Of a stretch of 64,000 nt of DNA, positions 17,359-26,800 are shown piece by piece; position 1 is the first letter of the stretch; each line of letters begins with the position of its first letter. Source of the DNA: a virus. Lineage: Duplodnaviria > Caudoviricetes. A program made the position numbers and the translations under genes. Where the stretch lies: the IMG/VR virus record IMGVR_UViG_3300037762_000184, positions 19,653 through 83,652 of that record. One strand, 5' to 3'. A model generated the notes under the pieces. The model worked only from the letters and a program-made list of their open reading frames with translations, was not told where the DNA came from and searched no databases.

Positions 17359-18657
17359 GTGGCGGCTCCGGCTCTCCTGCTAGAGACTCCCCGGGCCTTC
17401 CAGCCCCTACTCGCTCCGGCGAGGTACAAGGGCGCCCACGGTGGCCGCGGAGGCGCCAAGAGCTGGTTCTTCGCCGAGCTGCTGGTAGAGCGCTGCATCC
17501 TCCAGCCGGACACCCGCGCCGTTTGCGTCCGCGAGGTTCAACGCTCACTCGACCAATCGGTGAAGCGGCTCCTCGAGGACACCATCGCCCGGCTAGGCGT
17601 CGGCTCCCTGTTCCGCGTCCTGAATACGCATATCGAGACGCTTGCCGGTGGCCGCATCATCTTCCAGGGGATGCAGAACCACACGAGCGAGAGCATCAAG
17701 TCTCTGGAGGGCTACGATGTTGCCTGGGTAGAGGAGGCGCAGGCGCTCAGCCAGCGCTCCCTCGACCTGCTACGCCCCACGATCCGCAAGGACGGCAGCG
17801 AGCTGTGGTTCTCATGGAACCCCAAGAGCCCCGCGGACCCGATCGACTCCTTCCTCCGCGGCGAGAACCCGCCGCCTTCGTCCGTCGTGGTCGAGACGAG
17901 CTGGCGGGATAACCCGTGGCTGCCGGCGGAGCTGCGGACCGAGCTCGAATGGGATCGCCAGCGCGATCCCGGCAAGTACGCCCACGTTTGGGGCGGCGAC
18001 TACCTCCGGCGGACCGAGGCGCGGGTCTTCAATAACTGGACGGTGGAGGATTTCGACACGCCGGACGATGTGCGCTTCTACTTCGGCGGGGATTGGGGCT
18101 TCAGCGTGGACCCGGCGGTCCTTGTGCGCTGCTGGATCGACGGCCGGAAGCTCTACATCGACCGGGAGGCATACAAGATCGGGTGCGAGATCGACTACCT
18201 GCCGTTCCTCTTCGGCGGCATCGAAGATGAAGGGCTACGCCGGTTGAACGCCGAAGCCTGGAAGGCGATGCCTCAGGCGTACCGGGGATGGCAGGGGATC
18301 GATGGCGCGCGGGTCTGGCCGCTGATCGCCGATAGCGCTAGACCGGAAACGATCGACTACCTCAAGCGCCACGGATTCCCGAAGATCGAAGCGGCGCGGA
18401 AGGGGGCGGGGAGTGTCGAGGAGGGCGTCGAGTTTCTGCGTGCCCACGACATCGTGATTCACTCCCGATGCATCCACACCGCTGACGAGTTCGCGACCTA
18501 CAGCTACAAGACCGACCGGCTGACGGATGAGGTACTGCCGGTGCTGGAGGACCGCAAGAACCACGTCATCGACTCGGCACGCTACGCGGTGGAGAAGGTC
18601 CGCCAGGCTCCCAAGAAGGCAGCCGGCGTCTGGGGATCGCGGCGGCGCGGTAGGTAG
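17359..18657 (+). CDS. terL: terminase large subunit (PBSX-like)
   Basis: GGRGGAKS Walker A, CVREVQRS, WVEEAQ Walker B, GGDWGF and NHVIDSARYA nuclease motifs. Confidence 0.95.
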   Translation: MAAPALLLETPRAFQPLLAPARYKGAHGGRGGAKSWFFAELLVERCILQPDTRAVCVREVQRSLDQSVKRLLEDTIARLGVGSLFRVLNTHIETLAGGRIIFQGMQNHTSESIKSLEGYDVAWVEEAQALSQRSLDLLRPTIRKDGSELWFSWNPKSPADPIDSFLRGENPPPSSVVVETSWRDNPWLPAELRTELEWDRQRDPGKYAHVWGGDYLRRTEARVFNNWTVEDFDTPDDVRFYFGGDWGFSVDPAVLVRCWIDGRKLYIDREAYKIGCEIDYLPFLFGGIEDEGLRRLNAEAWKAMPQAYRGWQGIDGARVWPLIADSARPETIDYLKRHGFPKIEAARKGAGSVEEGVEFLRAHDIVIHSRCIHTADEFATYSYKTDRLTDEVLPVLEDRKNHVIDSARYAVEKVRQAPKKAAGVWGSRRRGR

Positions 18658-18870
18658 GCCGTACAATCATGCGGCGGGCAAAACCTACAGAGGCGGAAGT
18701 CAGGCGGCGGGGCGTAACAGGTCGTAAGCGTAACTCTCTGAGGGGCGCAGGCTTACACCGGCAGGGTCCGGGAAGATCATTTATGTCAACCTGGGAGGCG
18801 TAAGTCCGTAAGTATCGGCAGCCTCGCCACTTGCCGCATTACTGACCCGCTTCGGGGGGCGGTGTAGGGG

Positions 18871-19209
18871 CTACATTTCGGTTCTGTCCTCGACCCACAG
18901 CGCTAGTCCCGACTCGCGATAGTCGGCCCCCGCGGACTCTCTTTGGACGCACACGGCGACCAAGGCTTCTAGCGCGGAGGACGCCTCGCGTTTGCTCCTG
19001 CCAACGTAGACCGTTGGGATGTCCGGCAAGGTGTAATCACTCCGGCCGCAGGCGCAGGTCGTCGGGAAGTAGCCGATTTTGATCAACGGCCGACGGGTGG
19101 CGCGGGTGGCCCATATCTCCCACCAGACGGGCCGGTCGCCTCGCTTCGGCGGCGGCTCCGGCTTGACCGCTCCCGGGGGCGGGCGGGTCGGTAGCTTACG
19201 GTTAGCCAT
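18871..19209 (-). CDS. hypothetical protein
   Basis: Last gene of the minus-strand island. Confidence 0.55.
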   Translation of the reverse strand: MANRKLPTRPPPGAVKPEPPPKRGDRPVWWEIWATRATRRPLIKIGYFPTTCACGRSDYTLPDIPTVYVGRSKREASSALEALVAVCVQRESAGADYRESGLALWVEDRTEM

Positions 19210-19633
19210 CGCCGCGCCCCTCCCACTGAGTACAGCCGAAATCATAGCGAGTGGTCAGGCCGGCGCCCTCAACGGCCATGCCGTCTGCCTTACCGTACGC
19301 GCCAGACGCTACTCCGGGGTCGCCTTCCGAGGCCCTGCGCTGTTCGTCGCGGGCCAAGACGCACTCGCCATGGTCTAGCGGGCTCACGGCAAGGCCGCCC
19401 GGACCCCATGACTGTTGCCACCACCGACACATGTCGCAGCGCGGCAGCGGCATCACCGCCAGTGGTTCGCTAGCGAGCGTGAGAGCGTTGCGGGCTACCT
19501 CGTGCTGGCGACCGAAGCCGCTGGCGACGACCACGTACCACGCCTCTCTCCCGTAAGGGACGCCGACCACGATGCCGATCTCCCCGCTCGCCTTGTGACG
19601 CACGCGATCCTCGACCGCTAATTGTTCGCTCAC
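19202..19633 (-). CDS. hypothetical protein (KOW-like N-terminus, CxxC)
   Basis: DRVRHKASGEIGIVV; CDMCRWW. Confidence 0.55.
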   Translation of the reverse strand: MSEQLAVEDRVRHKASGEIGIVVGVPYGREAWYVVVASGFGRQHEVARNALTLASEPLAVMPLPRCDMCRWWQQSWGPGGLAVSPLDHGECVLARDEQRRASEGDPGVASGAYGKADGMAVEGAGLTTRYDFGCTQWEGRGDG

Positions 19634-20007
19634 TGCGCGCCTCCGTTGTCCGCCAAGCAGTCGTAGAAGATCCGGGTGTGCGTCATCTGCTGCCCGCTCC
19701 AGTCCTCGGCCTTCATGAACTGCTCCTCGCTCACCACCTCCCACTCGGCGCCGCCGTGGTTCGCGGTGCACAGCTTGGCGATCCGGTTGTAAGCCTTCTG
19801 CGGGCCGGCCAGCTCTGAGTAGACGACCGCGCCGTCTACGCGCGGGTCCACGTTGGCCGGGGCGTTGCGCATGTTGGCTGGGGACGGCTCGGCGGTGACG
19901 CAGGCAAGCGCCAGCACCAGCAGAGCCGGGAGCAGCAGGGCTGCGCACCCGTAGCGGACCTCGACATTCGGGGGTGCGGTGGGGAGGGGTGGCTTGGTCG
20001 GCGTCAC
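19630..20007 (-). CDS. putative lipoprotein
   Basis: LLLPALLVLALAC lipobox-like. Confidence 0.6.
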   Translation of the reverse strand: MTPTKPPLPTAPPNVEVRYGCAALLLPALLVLALACVTAEPSPANMRNAPANVDPRVDGAVVYSELAGPQKAYNRIAKLCTANHGGAEWEVVSEEQFMKAEDWSGQQMTHTRIFYDCLADNGGAQ

Positions 20008-20270
20008 GATGCCTCCTCTTCGGTAGTCCATCGTTCGGCGAACCCTGCCGGCATGCCATCCGGCCAGCCGTACTCCGCCCAGCAGAACGCGGCCAAGCTG
20101 CGGATGGCGTCCGCGCTGGGCGTTTGGTGGTCGATCCGGGCGAGTTCCGAGATCTTGGCGTTGAGGCAGGCGTCAGCAGCGGTCCTGTTGCCTACCGTGC
20201 CGGTTGGGGCGCCCGCGCCATCGCAGCCGAGCAGCAGGGCGGGGAGTAGGGCGAAGAGGGGGAGCTTCAT
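20004..20270 (-). CDS. putative lipoprotein
   Basis: MKLPLFALLPALLLGC lipobox. Confidence 0.7.
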   Translation of the reverse strand: MKLPLFALLPALLLGCDGAGAPTGTVGNRTAADACLNAKISELARIDHQTPSADAIRSLAAFCWAEYGWPDGMPAGFAERWTTEEEAS

Positions 20271-20515
20271 GCGCGACCTCCTGAGTCGGTAGCGATTCGC
20301 GCCTCCAGCGCGGCGACCCGGTCCTCCAGCGCCCAGAAGTCCCGCCACATCGGAGCGTGCGAGGCCATCAACCGCTCGTCTTGACGGGGGACGAACTCGT
20401 GCTCGGGTTCGGTGTAGCCGCTGCCGCCTTCGGGGGCTTGCTTGTAGTGCGCCGCCGCGACGTGCCCGCAGACGGCGCAATGGTTGTAGTAGCCGGGGAG
20501 GTCGGCGAGCGTCAC
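20267..20515 (-). CDS. hypothetical protein
   Basis: Coupled overlaps; CAVCGH. Confidence 0.55.
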   Translation of the reverse strand: MTLADLPGYYNHCAVCGHVAAAHYKQAPEGGSGYTEPEHEFVPRQDERLMASHAPMWRDFWALEDRVAALEARIATDSGGRA

Positions 20516-20883
20516 CGCTTCACCTCCACCACGAGCCCCTTGGGGCAAATCGACAAGCGAAACACTGTGTAGCCAAAGGTGAGCCCGTCCTCTTCGAACT
20601 CCACACTTCCCTCGATAGTCACATCCTTGACTTCGTGGTACCCCGGAGCAGACAACGCCTCAGAGGGCTCCAGAACGCGGCCGAATTGCGCTCTCGGTAA
20701 TGGAGCCACCCAGTGCTCGCGAAAGCCGTTGACTTGCACCGGAGTGACGAGGACGCGATCCTCTAGCGCTTCGCGCTCCCATTGCAGTGTCTCTTCGTCG
20801 ATCGGGGTGGTAATGGGAATGCCGCCCCGGTAGACGTAGCCAGGGGCCGGCTCGGCGGCGGTTGCGGTTGGGGTGCTAGGCAT
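20512..20883 (-). CDS. hypothetical protein
   Basis: CAGGAG RBS. Confidence 0.6.
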   Translation of the reverse strand: MPSTPTATAAEPAPGYVYRGGIPITTPIDEETLQWEREALEDRVLVTPVQVNGFREHWVAPLPRAQFGRVLEPSEALSAPGYHEVKDVTIEGSVEFEEDGLTFGYTVFRLSICPKGLVVEVKR

Positions 20884-21043
20884 GGGGTGTCTCCTGGTGG
20901 GTTGTGGTGGCGACTAGCCTCCGCGCCGCGATCTCTACGGCTGCGGAGCGTGAGAGTCCGTTCGCCTTTGCGTAGGCGTCGAGGATGCGCAGGGCCTCCT
21001 CGGTCAGCGTCAAGCTGGTTCGCCGCTTCGTGTCCTTGCTCAA
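20876..21043 (-). CDS. ribbon-helix-helix regulator directly downstream of the pentamer array
   Basis: AAAGGAGG RBS plus TTG; KRRTSLTLTEEALRILDAYAKANGLSRSAAVEIAARR. Confidence 0.8.
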   Translation of the reverse strand: MSKDTKRRTSLTLTEEALRILDAYAKANGLSRSAAVEIAARRLVATTTHQETPHA

Positions 21044-21073
21044 GTCGTCCCTCCTTTCAGGGTGGTTCATAGG

Positions 21074-21734
21074 ATGCCTGCCTAGCGACGTCTGTCCCCG
21101 CCTCGCCCTTCCGCTCCGCGCCTCGCCATTCCTGTCTAGCCTTGCCCGGGCTTGCCTGTCCAGGCCGCGCCACGCCTGCCGTGATTGCCACGCCCGGCCT
21201 AGGCTAGCCCGGCGATGCTCAGCCCAGCGACGCCTGCCTTGCCTTTCCAGTGCTCGCCCCGCCGTTCCGCGCCTTGCCTGCCGCGCCGTACCGGCTGTGC
21301 CTTGCACCGCCTAGCCGGGCCGATCCCTGCCGCCCCTCACCCCGCCTAACCGGTCCGCGCCTGCCGCGCATCTGCCTTGCCTCGCCTTGCCGCGGCAGGC
21401 CTGTACTAGCCCATTCTCGCCCTGCCTCGCCTGTCACGCCAACCCTTGCCTCGCCGCACCATGCCCCGCCCCTCCCTGCCTCGTCTAGCCTGCCTTGGCC
21501 GGCCAGTCCTCGCCTGTTCGCGCCGCGCCAAGCCGGGCGACCCCTTGCCTGCCGCGCCTTGCCTGTCCGAGCCTGTCGTGCCGAGCCCGGCCAAGCCACT
21601 CTGTGCCTAGCCCGTCCTAGTCATGCCTGCCGTGCCTATCCGGGCCGCGCCCCGCCTAGCCGGGCCTTGCCTGCGATGCCGCACCGTTCCCTACCGAGCC
21701 AGGCGGCGCCGGGGCTAGCCGGTCCCCGCCTGCC
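21074..21734 (-). repeat. GG(C/T/A)NN pentamer array, about 12 units (putative guide-RNA array)
   Basis: Minus strand parses as about 120 pentamers (ggcta ggcgg ggcgc ggccc ggata...) broken by 4-nt GGCA/GACA linkers roughly every 25-85 nt. Confidence 0.9.
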
Positions 21735-21743
21735 GCGTCGACT

Positions 21744-22244
21744 TTAGTGAATCGCCTTCACTGCCGAAGCCGCCGCGTCCATCGCTCGCATCGCGAGAGC
21801 GATCCTCGCCATGCGCTCGCTGTCCAGCGTACCGGCGGCGGCTGTCTCCAGATCCGCCAGCGCCCTGGCTGCTGCGTTCATCTTCGCGTTCAGCTCGCCC
21901 ACCGCCGCCGTGAACATATCCGGCGACCGGATCACCTGCTCGACGGGGTGGTAGGCGTCCTGGACGTGGACGTAGACCTTCGTCGCCAGCGGTTCCTCGC
22001 CGTCGCGATCCTCGACGACTTCGATGCTGCGGATCAGCTTGCGGGCCTGATGCTCCCGCCACTTCTCCCCGGCCACGCCGTTGTTCCACTCGAAAGCCGG
22101 ATGCAGGGCGGCCGTCTTCGGTCGCGCCTCCTCGACGACCTCAGCCGGCCGCAGCCCTTCGCGCTCCGCGTGGATGCGCTCCAGCTCTACGCCTACCGCC
22201 TCGGCGTCCACTCCGGCGGGACACCTCTTCAACCGAAACGTCAT
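21744..22244 (-). CDS. partner protein of the RAMP-like gene
   Basis: AEAVGVELERI...EVVEEAR...LHPAFEWNN...WREHQARKLIRSI; ATGA-coupled to the RAMP gene. Confidence 0.75.
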   Translation of the reverse strand: MTFRLKRCPAGVDAEAVGVELERIHAEREGLRPAEVVEEARPKTAALHPAFEWNNGVAGEKWREHQARKLIRSIEVVEDRDGEEPLATKVYVHVQDAYHPVEQVIRSPDMFTAAVGELNAKMNAAARALADLETAAAGTLDSERMARIALAMRAMDAAASAVKAIH

Positions 22245-22906
22245 GCTGCCGCCTCCTCTTCTTCGTTGACGATCTTGAACGTGCCGAACCCCATGCCGTT
22301 GCTCGACTTGGAGAACGGGCGACCTTCGCCGATGCCGACCTGTTCACCCGCACGAGCCACGAGGTTCGCCACGTCCTCGATAGTGAACTGGTCGGCGTCA
22401 TACCGGACCACGATGTTGAGTACCCACTTCCGCCACATGGGGCGGACCCGAATGTCGGCCACGCCGGTCGCGTTGCGGGTCGCCATTTCGGTACGCTCCG
22501 GCTCCCCGGCGTCGAGCTTGACGAGCGGCGCGCCGTCCACCGCGTCGAAGCCGTCCGCCTCGACGAAGACCGACATCTTCGCCCGCGTCATTTGGAAGCC
22601 GACCATCCGGCACACGTCGATACAGGCGTTCCGCAGCGCCGCCGCCGGGACGCCGATCCACCCGTCCGTCGAGCGGTGGAGTGCGCCCTCGAAATCGGCG
22701 TCGAAGTCGCGCGCCTCTCGCTTCGACCCCTTCTTGGCGGTACTGCCCGCCAGCATCTTCGTCTTCATCGCCTGCATCGCCTTGGCGCTGAACCTCGCCT
22801 GCATGAACGGCGCGGTGCCTTCGATGCGGAGCGAAAGACGGTGAAACTTCGGTGGGGTGATGCCGACGGCCGCCGGGGTGCTGGACTTCGTTCCTGCTGC
22901 TGCCAT
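22241..22906 (-). CDS. Cas7/RAMP-like (RRM-fold) protein, Vipr-like
   Basis: N-terminal strand LRIEGTAP, helix IGVPAAALRNACI, C-terminal Gly-rich loop AGEQVGIGEGRP...GMGFGTFKI. Confidence 0.75.
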   Translation of the reverse strand: MAAAGTKSSTPAAVGITPPKFHRLSLRIEGTAPFMQARFSAKAMQAMKTKMLAGSTAKKGSKREARDFDADFEGALHRSTDGWIGVPAAALRNACIDVCRMVGFQMTRAKMSVFVEADGFDAVDGAPLVKLDAGEPERTEMATRNATGVADIRVRPMWRKWVLNIVVRYDADQFTIEDVANLVARAGEQVGIGEGRPFSKSSNGMGFGTFKIVNEEEEAAA

Positions 22907-22959
22907 GAGAAATGCCTCCCTCGTTCACGTTCACGCACGGAATGCACGCGACGGGGCGC

Positions 22960-22988
22960 ACTATACGCGAATTCGGGCAGCATGTCCA
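22960..22988 (-). promoter_or_regulatory. promoter TGGACA-17-TATAGT for the RAMP operon
   Basis: Direct sequence; GAGGGAGG RBS before ATG 22906. Confidence 0.7.
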
Positions 22989-23019
22989 TGGTCGGGTCCA
23001 ACCATGGAAGCCGTGACCC

Positions 23020-23529
23020 TCACCACCTCTCCAATCCGAGGGTGATCGTTTCCGTCACCTGTTCATAGGTCAGGCCGAGCGCAACCGCTGTCGTGACCAG
23101 ACGATCTCGACCCGGCAGCCTCAAGCCGTACAGAACCGCCCACACGTCATCAGCGCTCATGTGGTCGAGACGCGACGCGATCTCGGCGCTTGTCGTGCGC
23201 GACGCGCGGGCTTGCTGCCGAACGAGTCGGCGAAGAGAGCGGCGCCCAATTCGCTCAGGGTCGTGCCGCGGCCTGGCCCTGTTGTAGCGCGGGTGTTCGT
23301 TCGTGATGGCTCGCTGCTCGGCGATAAGCGCTGCCGGCCGGCTCGACAGCCAATCGATGGCGATTGAGGCGACATCGGGCCACCAGAACTTCTCGTGCGA
23401 GTGAAGCGCGAACCGCGCGGAGGGATCGCACGAGATGCCGACATAGAGAAGGTTCCCGGCGGCGTCTACGGCGCGGTAGAGCGCCGTCGGACGCAACTCT
23501 TGGAGCGCTTCGCTGGCCCCGGCAATCAC
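23020..23529 (-). CDS. GIY-YIG domain plus C-terminal HTH protein
   Basis: ALYRAVDAAGNLLYVGIS...RFALH...E...AI..EHPRYN. Confidence 0.75.
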   Translation of the reverse strand: MIAGASEALQELRPTALYRAVDAAGNLLYVGISCDPSARFALHSHEKFWWPDVASIAIDWLSSRPAALIAEQRAITNEHPRYNRARPRHDPERIGRRSLRRLVRQQARASRTTSAEIASRLDHMSADDVWAVLYGLRLPGRDRLVTTAVALGLTYEQVTETITLGLERW

Positions 23530-23786
23530 CAAGGCGCCAGCCCCAGACCTTCCGGCGAGATGACAGTGCCGGCGATCTCTTCGTATCCGATCCCCAGCTC
23601 GACCGCCACCGCCCGCAACTTCTCTGGATCGGGCGGTCGTCGGCACCTAACTTCAATGTGCCGAATATCTTCGGAGTCCACGACGACTCCGGCCGCGGTG
23701 CAGTGTGACGCCAGTTCGTCACGACTCATCCTCGCCCGGAGGCGGCGGCCTTCAATCAGAGTGCGTAGTCGGTAGAAATGGTCCAT
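23526..23786 (-). CDS. XRE-like HTH protein
   Basis: LIEGRRLRARMSRDELA...IRHIE. Confidence 0.6.
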   Translation of the reverse strand: MDHFYRLRTLIEGRRLRARMSRDELASHCTAAGVVVDSEDIRHIEVRCRRPPDPEKLRAVAVELGIGYEEIAGTVISPEGLGLAPW

Positions 23787-23856
23787 TGCGGTTCCAATAG
23801 TACCGCATCGGTGCTTGTGCGCGCAACAAGCACCGGCCACCCTCATTTCGGGACTA

Positions 23857-26800
23857 GTGCGCGTGCCGAAAACCACAACCAACGGAAGCGGCAACGGCGC
23901 GGCCGAACCTCGCCTGCCGACCAGCCGTCTGCGCGCCATGGGCTCAGCGCTGGTGGCGCGCGCACGGCTTGCCTCACGGGCCGGGCTGAGCTTCGGCGGT
24001 AAGCGCGACTTCTACACTGCGCTCGGTTACGAGCGCGACCTCACAATTCAGCACTACCGCGAGCTATACGAACGCGGCGGTATCGCTCGAAAACTGGTCG
24101 ACCTCATCCCGACCCTGGCATGGACAGCCGGCGGCGCCGACATCGTGGAAGACCCGGACCCCGGCGAGCTCACGGAATTCGAGACGCAGGCTGCCGAGCT
24201 GTTCGCGCGCGTCGACGCCTGGCCTCGCTTCCGCCGCGCGGACATCCTTTCTCGTCTCGGCCGCTACTCCGTTCTGCTGCTCGGTACGTCAGACCTTGAA
24301 ACGCAGGCGGACTTCGCGCAGCCGCTGTCGAAGCTCTCCGGTCCGGACGACATCCTCTACCTCACGCCGAGAGCCGAGAGCCACGCGAAGATCTGCTCTC
24401 TCGTCAAGAAGCCTTCCGACCCGCGCTTCGGCCTGCCTGAGTTCTACAACGTCGATCTGGGGCACGACGAAGACAGCAAGGCGCTCCTCTCCGGAGGGAC
24501 GCAGAAAACCCACTGGACGCGCGTGGTCCACATTGCCGGCGGGCTGCTCGATAACGACGTGTACGGCGAGCCGGCCCTGCGTGCGTTGTGGAACCTCCTC
24601 TTCAACCTCGAAAAGCTGCTCGGCGGCGGCTCAGAGGCGACGTGGAAGCGGATGAACCCGCTGACGCTCTTCGACCTGAGCCCCGATGCCGTACTCGGCG
24701 ACACGCCCGCGGAGATCGAGGAAGCCGAAGAGGCGTTGGAGGACGAGATCGAAGAGCTGGTGCATGGGTACCGTTCCTATGCCCAGGCCACTGGTCTCGA
24801 AGTAAAGAGCATCAGTCAGGCGGTGCCCAACTTCGGGCCGAACGCGGCGGCAATCGAACGCCATATCGCGGGCACCGGAAACATCCCCCATCGCGTCCTC
24901 TTCGGAACGGAGCGCGGCGAGCTAGCCAGCGCGCAGGACCGCTCGAATCTCAGCGACAACGTCCAGGGCTACCGGGACAGCCACTGCAACGTGGTAGTCC
25001 GCCAGTTCCTCGCCCGCTTGATTGAATACGGCGCTCTTCCCGGGCCGGTCAAGCATGAGCTGGTATGGCCTGAGATGGAAGAGATGAGCGAGCCCGAAAA
25101 GGCCGACGTGGTCAGCAAGATGGCGACCGCGAACAAGGCCAACGTCGACGCAGGCGGCGGCCTGATCGTCGCCGCGAACGAGTTGCGGAACGACGTACTC
25201 GGCAAAGGGCCTATCGAAGAGATCGAAAACTCCGGGGTGGCCGAGGGAGGCGGCGACGGTGGTCCCTCCTCTGCCGTCGCCGCCTCCCTCCGGGCTGCGA
25301 AGCTCAGGCTGTGCCGGAAGCGCGGGCTGGACTTCGGGCCTGACTCTCCGGCCGCGCTTGCCGGTAACGAGGAGCCAGAGTGGCGCGCAGTCCACCGTGC
25401 TGCCGACTTGCACATGGAGTCTCTGGCGCGGGCTGTCGTCGGCGCCTGGGATGACGGAGCGGCGGAGATCGACGACGGCGCCCTTGAGGACGCGCTCGCC
25501 GCCGGCAACTTCGGTGCCGCCGAAACCGTCGCGCTCGCCGGTGTCACTGCCGCCGAGCAACGTCTCGCCGAGATCCTGCCTGACCGACTACTCGCCACCC
25601 TGGTAGATGGTGGCCTCGCCGCTCTGCGGTCCGCTCGGTCGCGCGGTTCTTTCTTCCGCCGCGCCGCGGGATTCTCGGCGCAGTTCGATGCGACCAACCC
25701 GCGCGCCGTCACGTGGGCGGAGGAGCGTTCCTCGCTGCTGATCACGGAGATCGGCGTCGAAACGGTGTCGGCGATGCAGGCGCTCATCGCGCAGGGCCTC
25801 GCCGAGGGCATCCCGCCCCGGAAGCTGGCGCAGCAGATTCGGGCTGCGGTAGGGCTGCGCTCGGATCAGGTGTCGGCCGTCCAGAACCTCATCACGGAGT
25901 TGCAGGCGGCGAAGCCCGGCTCGCTGGTGACGCGCTTCCCTCCGCGGGAGGGCCTGCGTGGCTCTGCCGGCTTCAAGGCTCGCATTCCGAAGAGCGGCAT
26001 CACGCAGGAGTGGTTGGACCGGCAGGCGGCGCGGTACTCGACGATGCAGCGGAACTACCGAGCCAGAACAATCGCTCGCAGTGAAACAATGAGAAGTGCG
26101 AACGAGGGTGTCCGCGAGCTTTGGAGGCAGGGCCAAGAGTCCGGTCAGCTCCCAGCGGATATCAAGCGGGTCTGGCTTCACAACACTGATCGCCACGCAG
26201 ACCGGGCCGGGGTGGCGGTAGGCATTGACGAGCCTTGGCCGTGGGGAACCGAGCCGGGCGAAGAGGTGAACTGCTTCCTACCTGGAACGGATGTCAGCGG
26301 CGCGTTCGTGGCTGGCCTAAAAACCCTCTATGCGGGGCCGGCTATCGAAGTAGCCACCCGGCAGGGTCACCGGCTGCGCCTCACGCCCAATCACCCCGTA
26401 CTGACTTCGCAAGGTTGGTTGCCGGCGAAGAGTCTCCGCAAGGGCCAGCAGCTTGTCTGCTGCCTTCCGGAGGTTGATCTTCTGTCGAGCGGAGCCCTGC
26501 TCGGGGGCGAACGTCCCGCCAGCGAGGCGTTCTCTCGGCCGAGTCCATCCGTGCCGCGAGCCGTTGGGCGACGTGGCGCAGACGACGATCAGGGACCAAC
26601 CCTGATTGAGGACGTATTCGAAGCGCTTGCGTCTCAGGGCGCCTTGGCGCGCAAAGGCTGTACTGGTCTCGATCTCCACGGCGATGCGAAGTGGTCGGAT
26701 GGCGAGGTCCAGATTGTAGGGGCCGAGAGGGAACTGGTGCGTTACCTTGATTCCGCCGCGTCTCAGGAGAGCAGCGAGCTCATGTTCGAGAGGGCTGGTG

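Noticed and set aside
21074-21734. Classical CRISPR array
   Set aside because: No 25-45-nt direct repeats with unique spacers and no cas1/cas2; the periodicity is 5 nt.
20876-21747. Arg/Gly/Ala- or Pro/Arg-rich ORFs (20876-21307, 20985-21314, 21219-21599, 21250-21747, 21406-21594)
   Set aside because: They are translations of the pentamer array. Only the RHH part (20876-21043) has an RBS and a recognisable fold.
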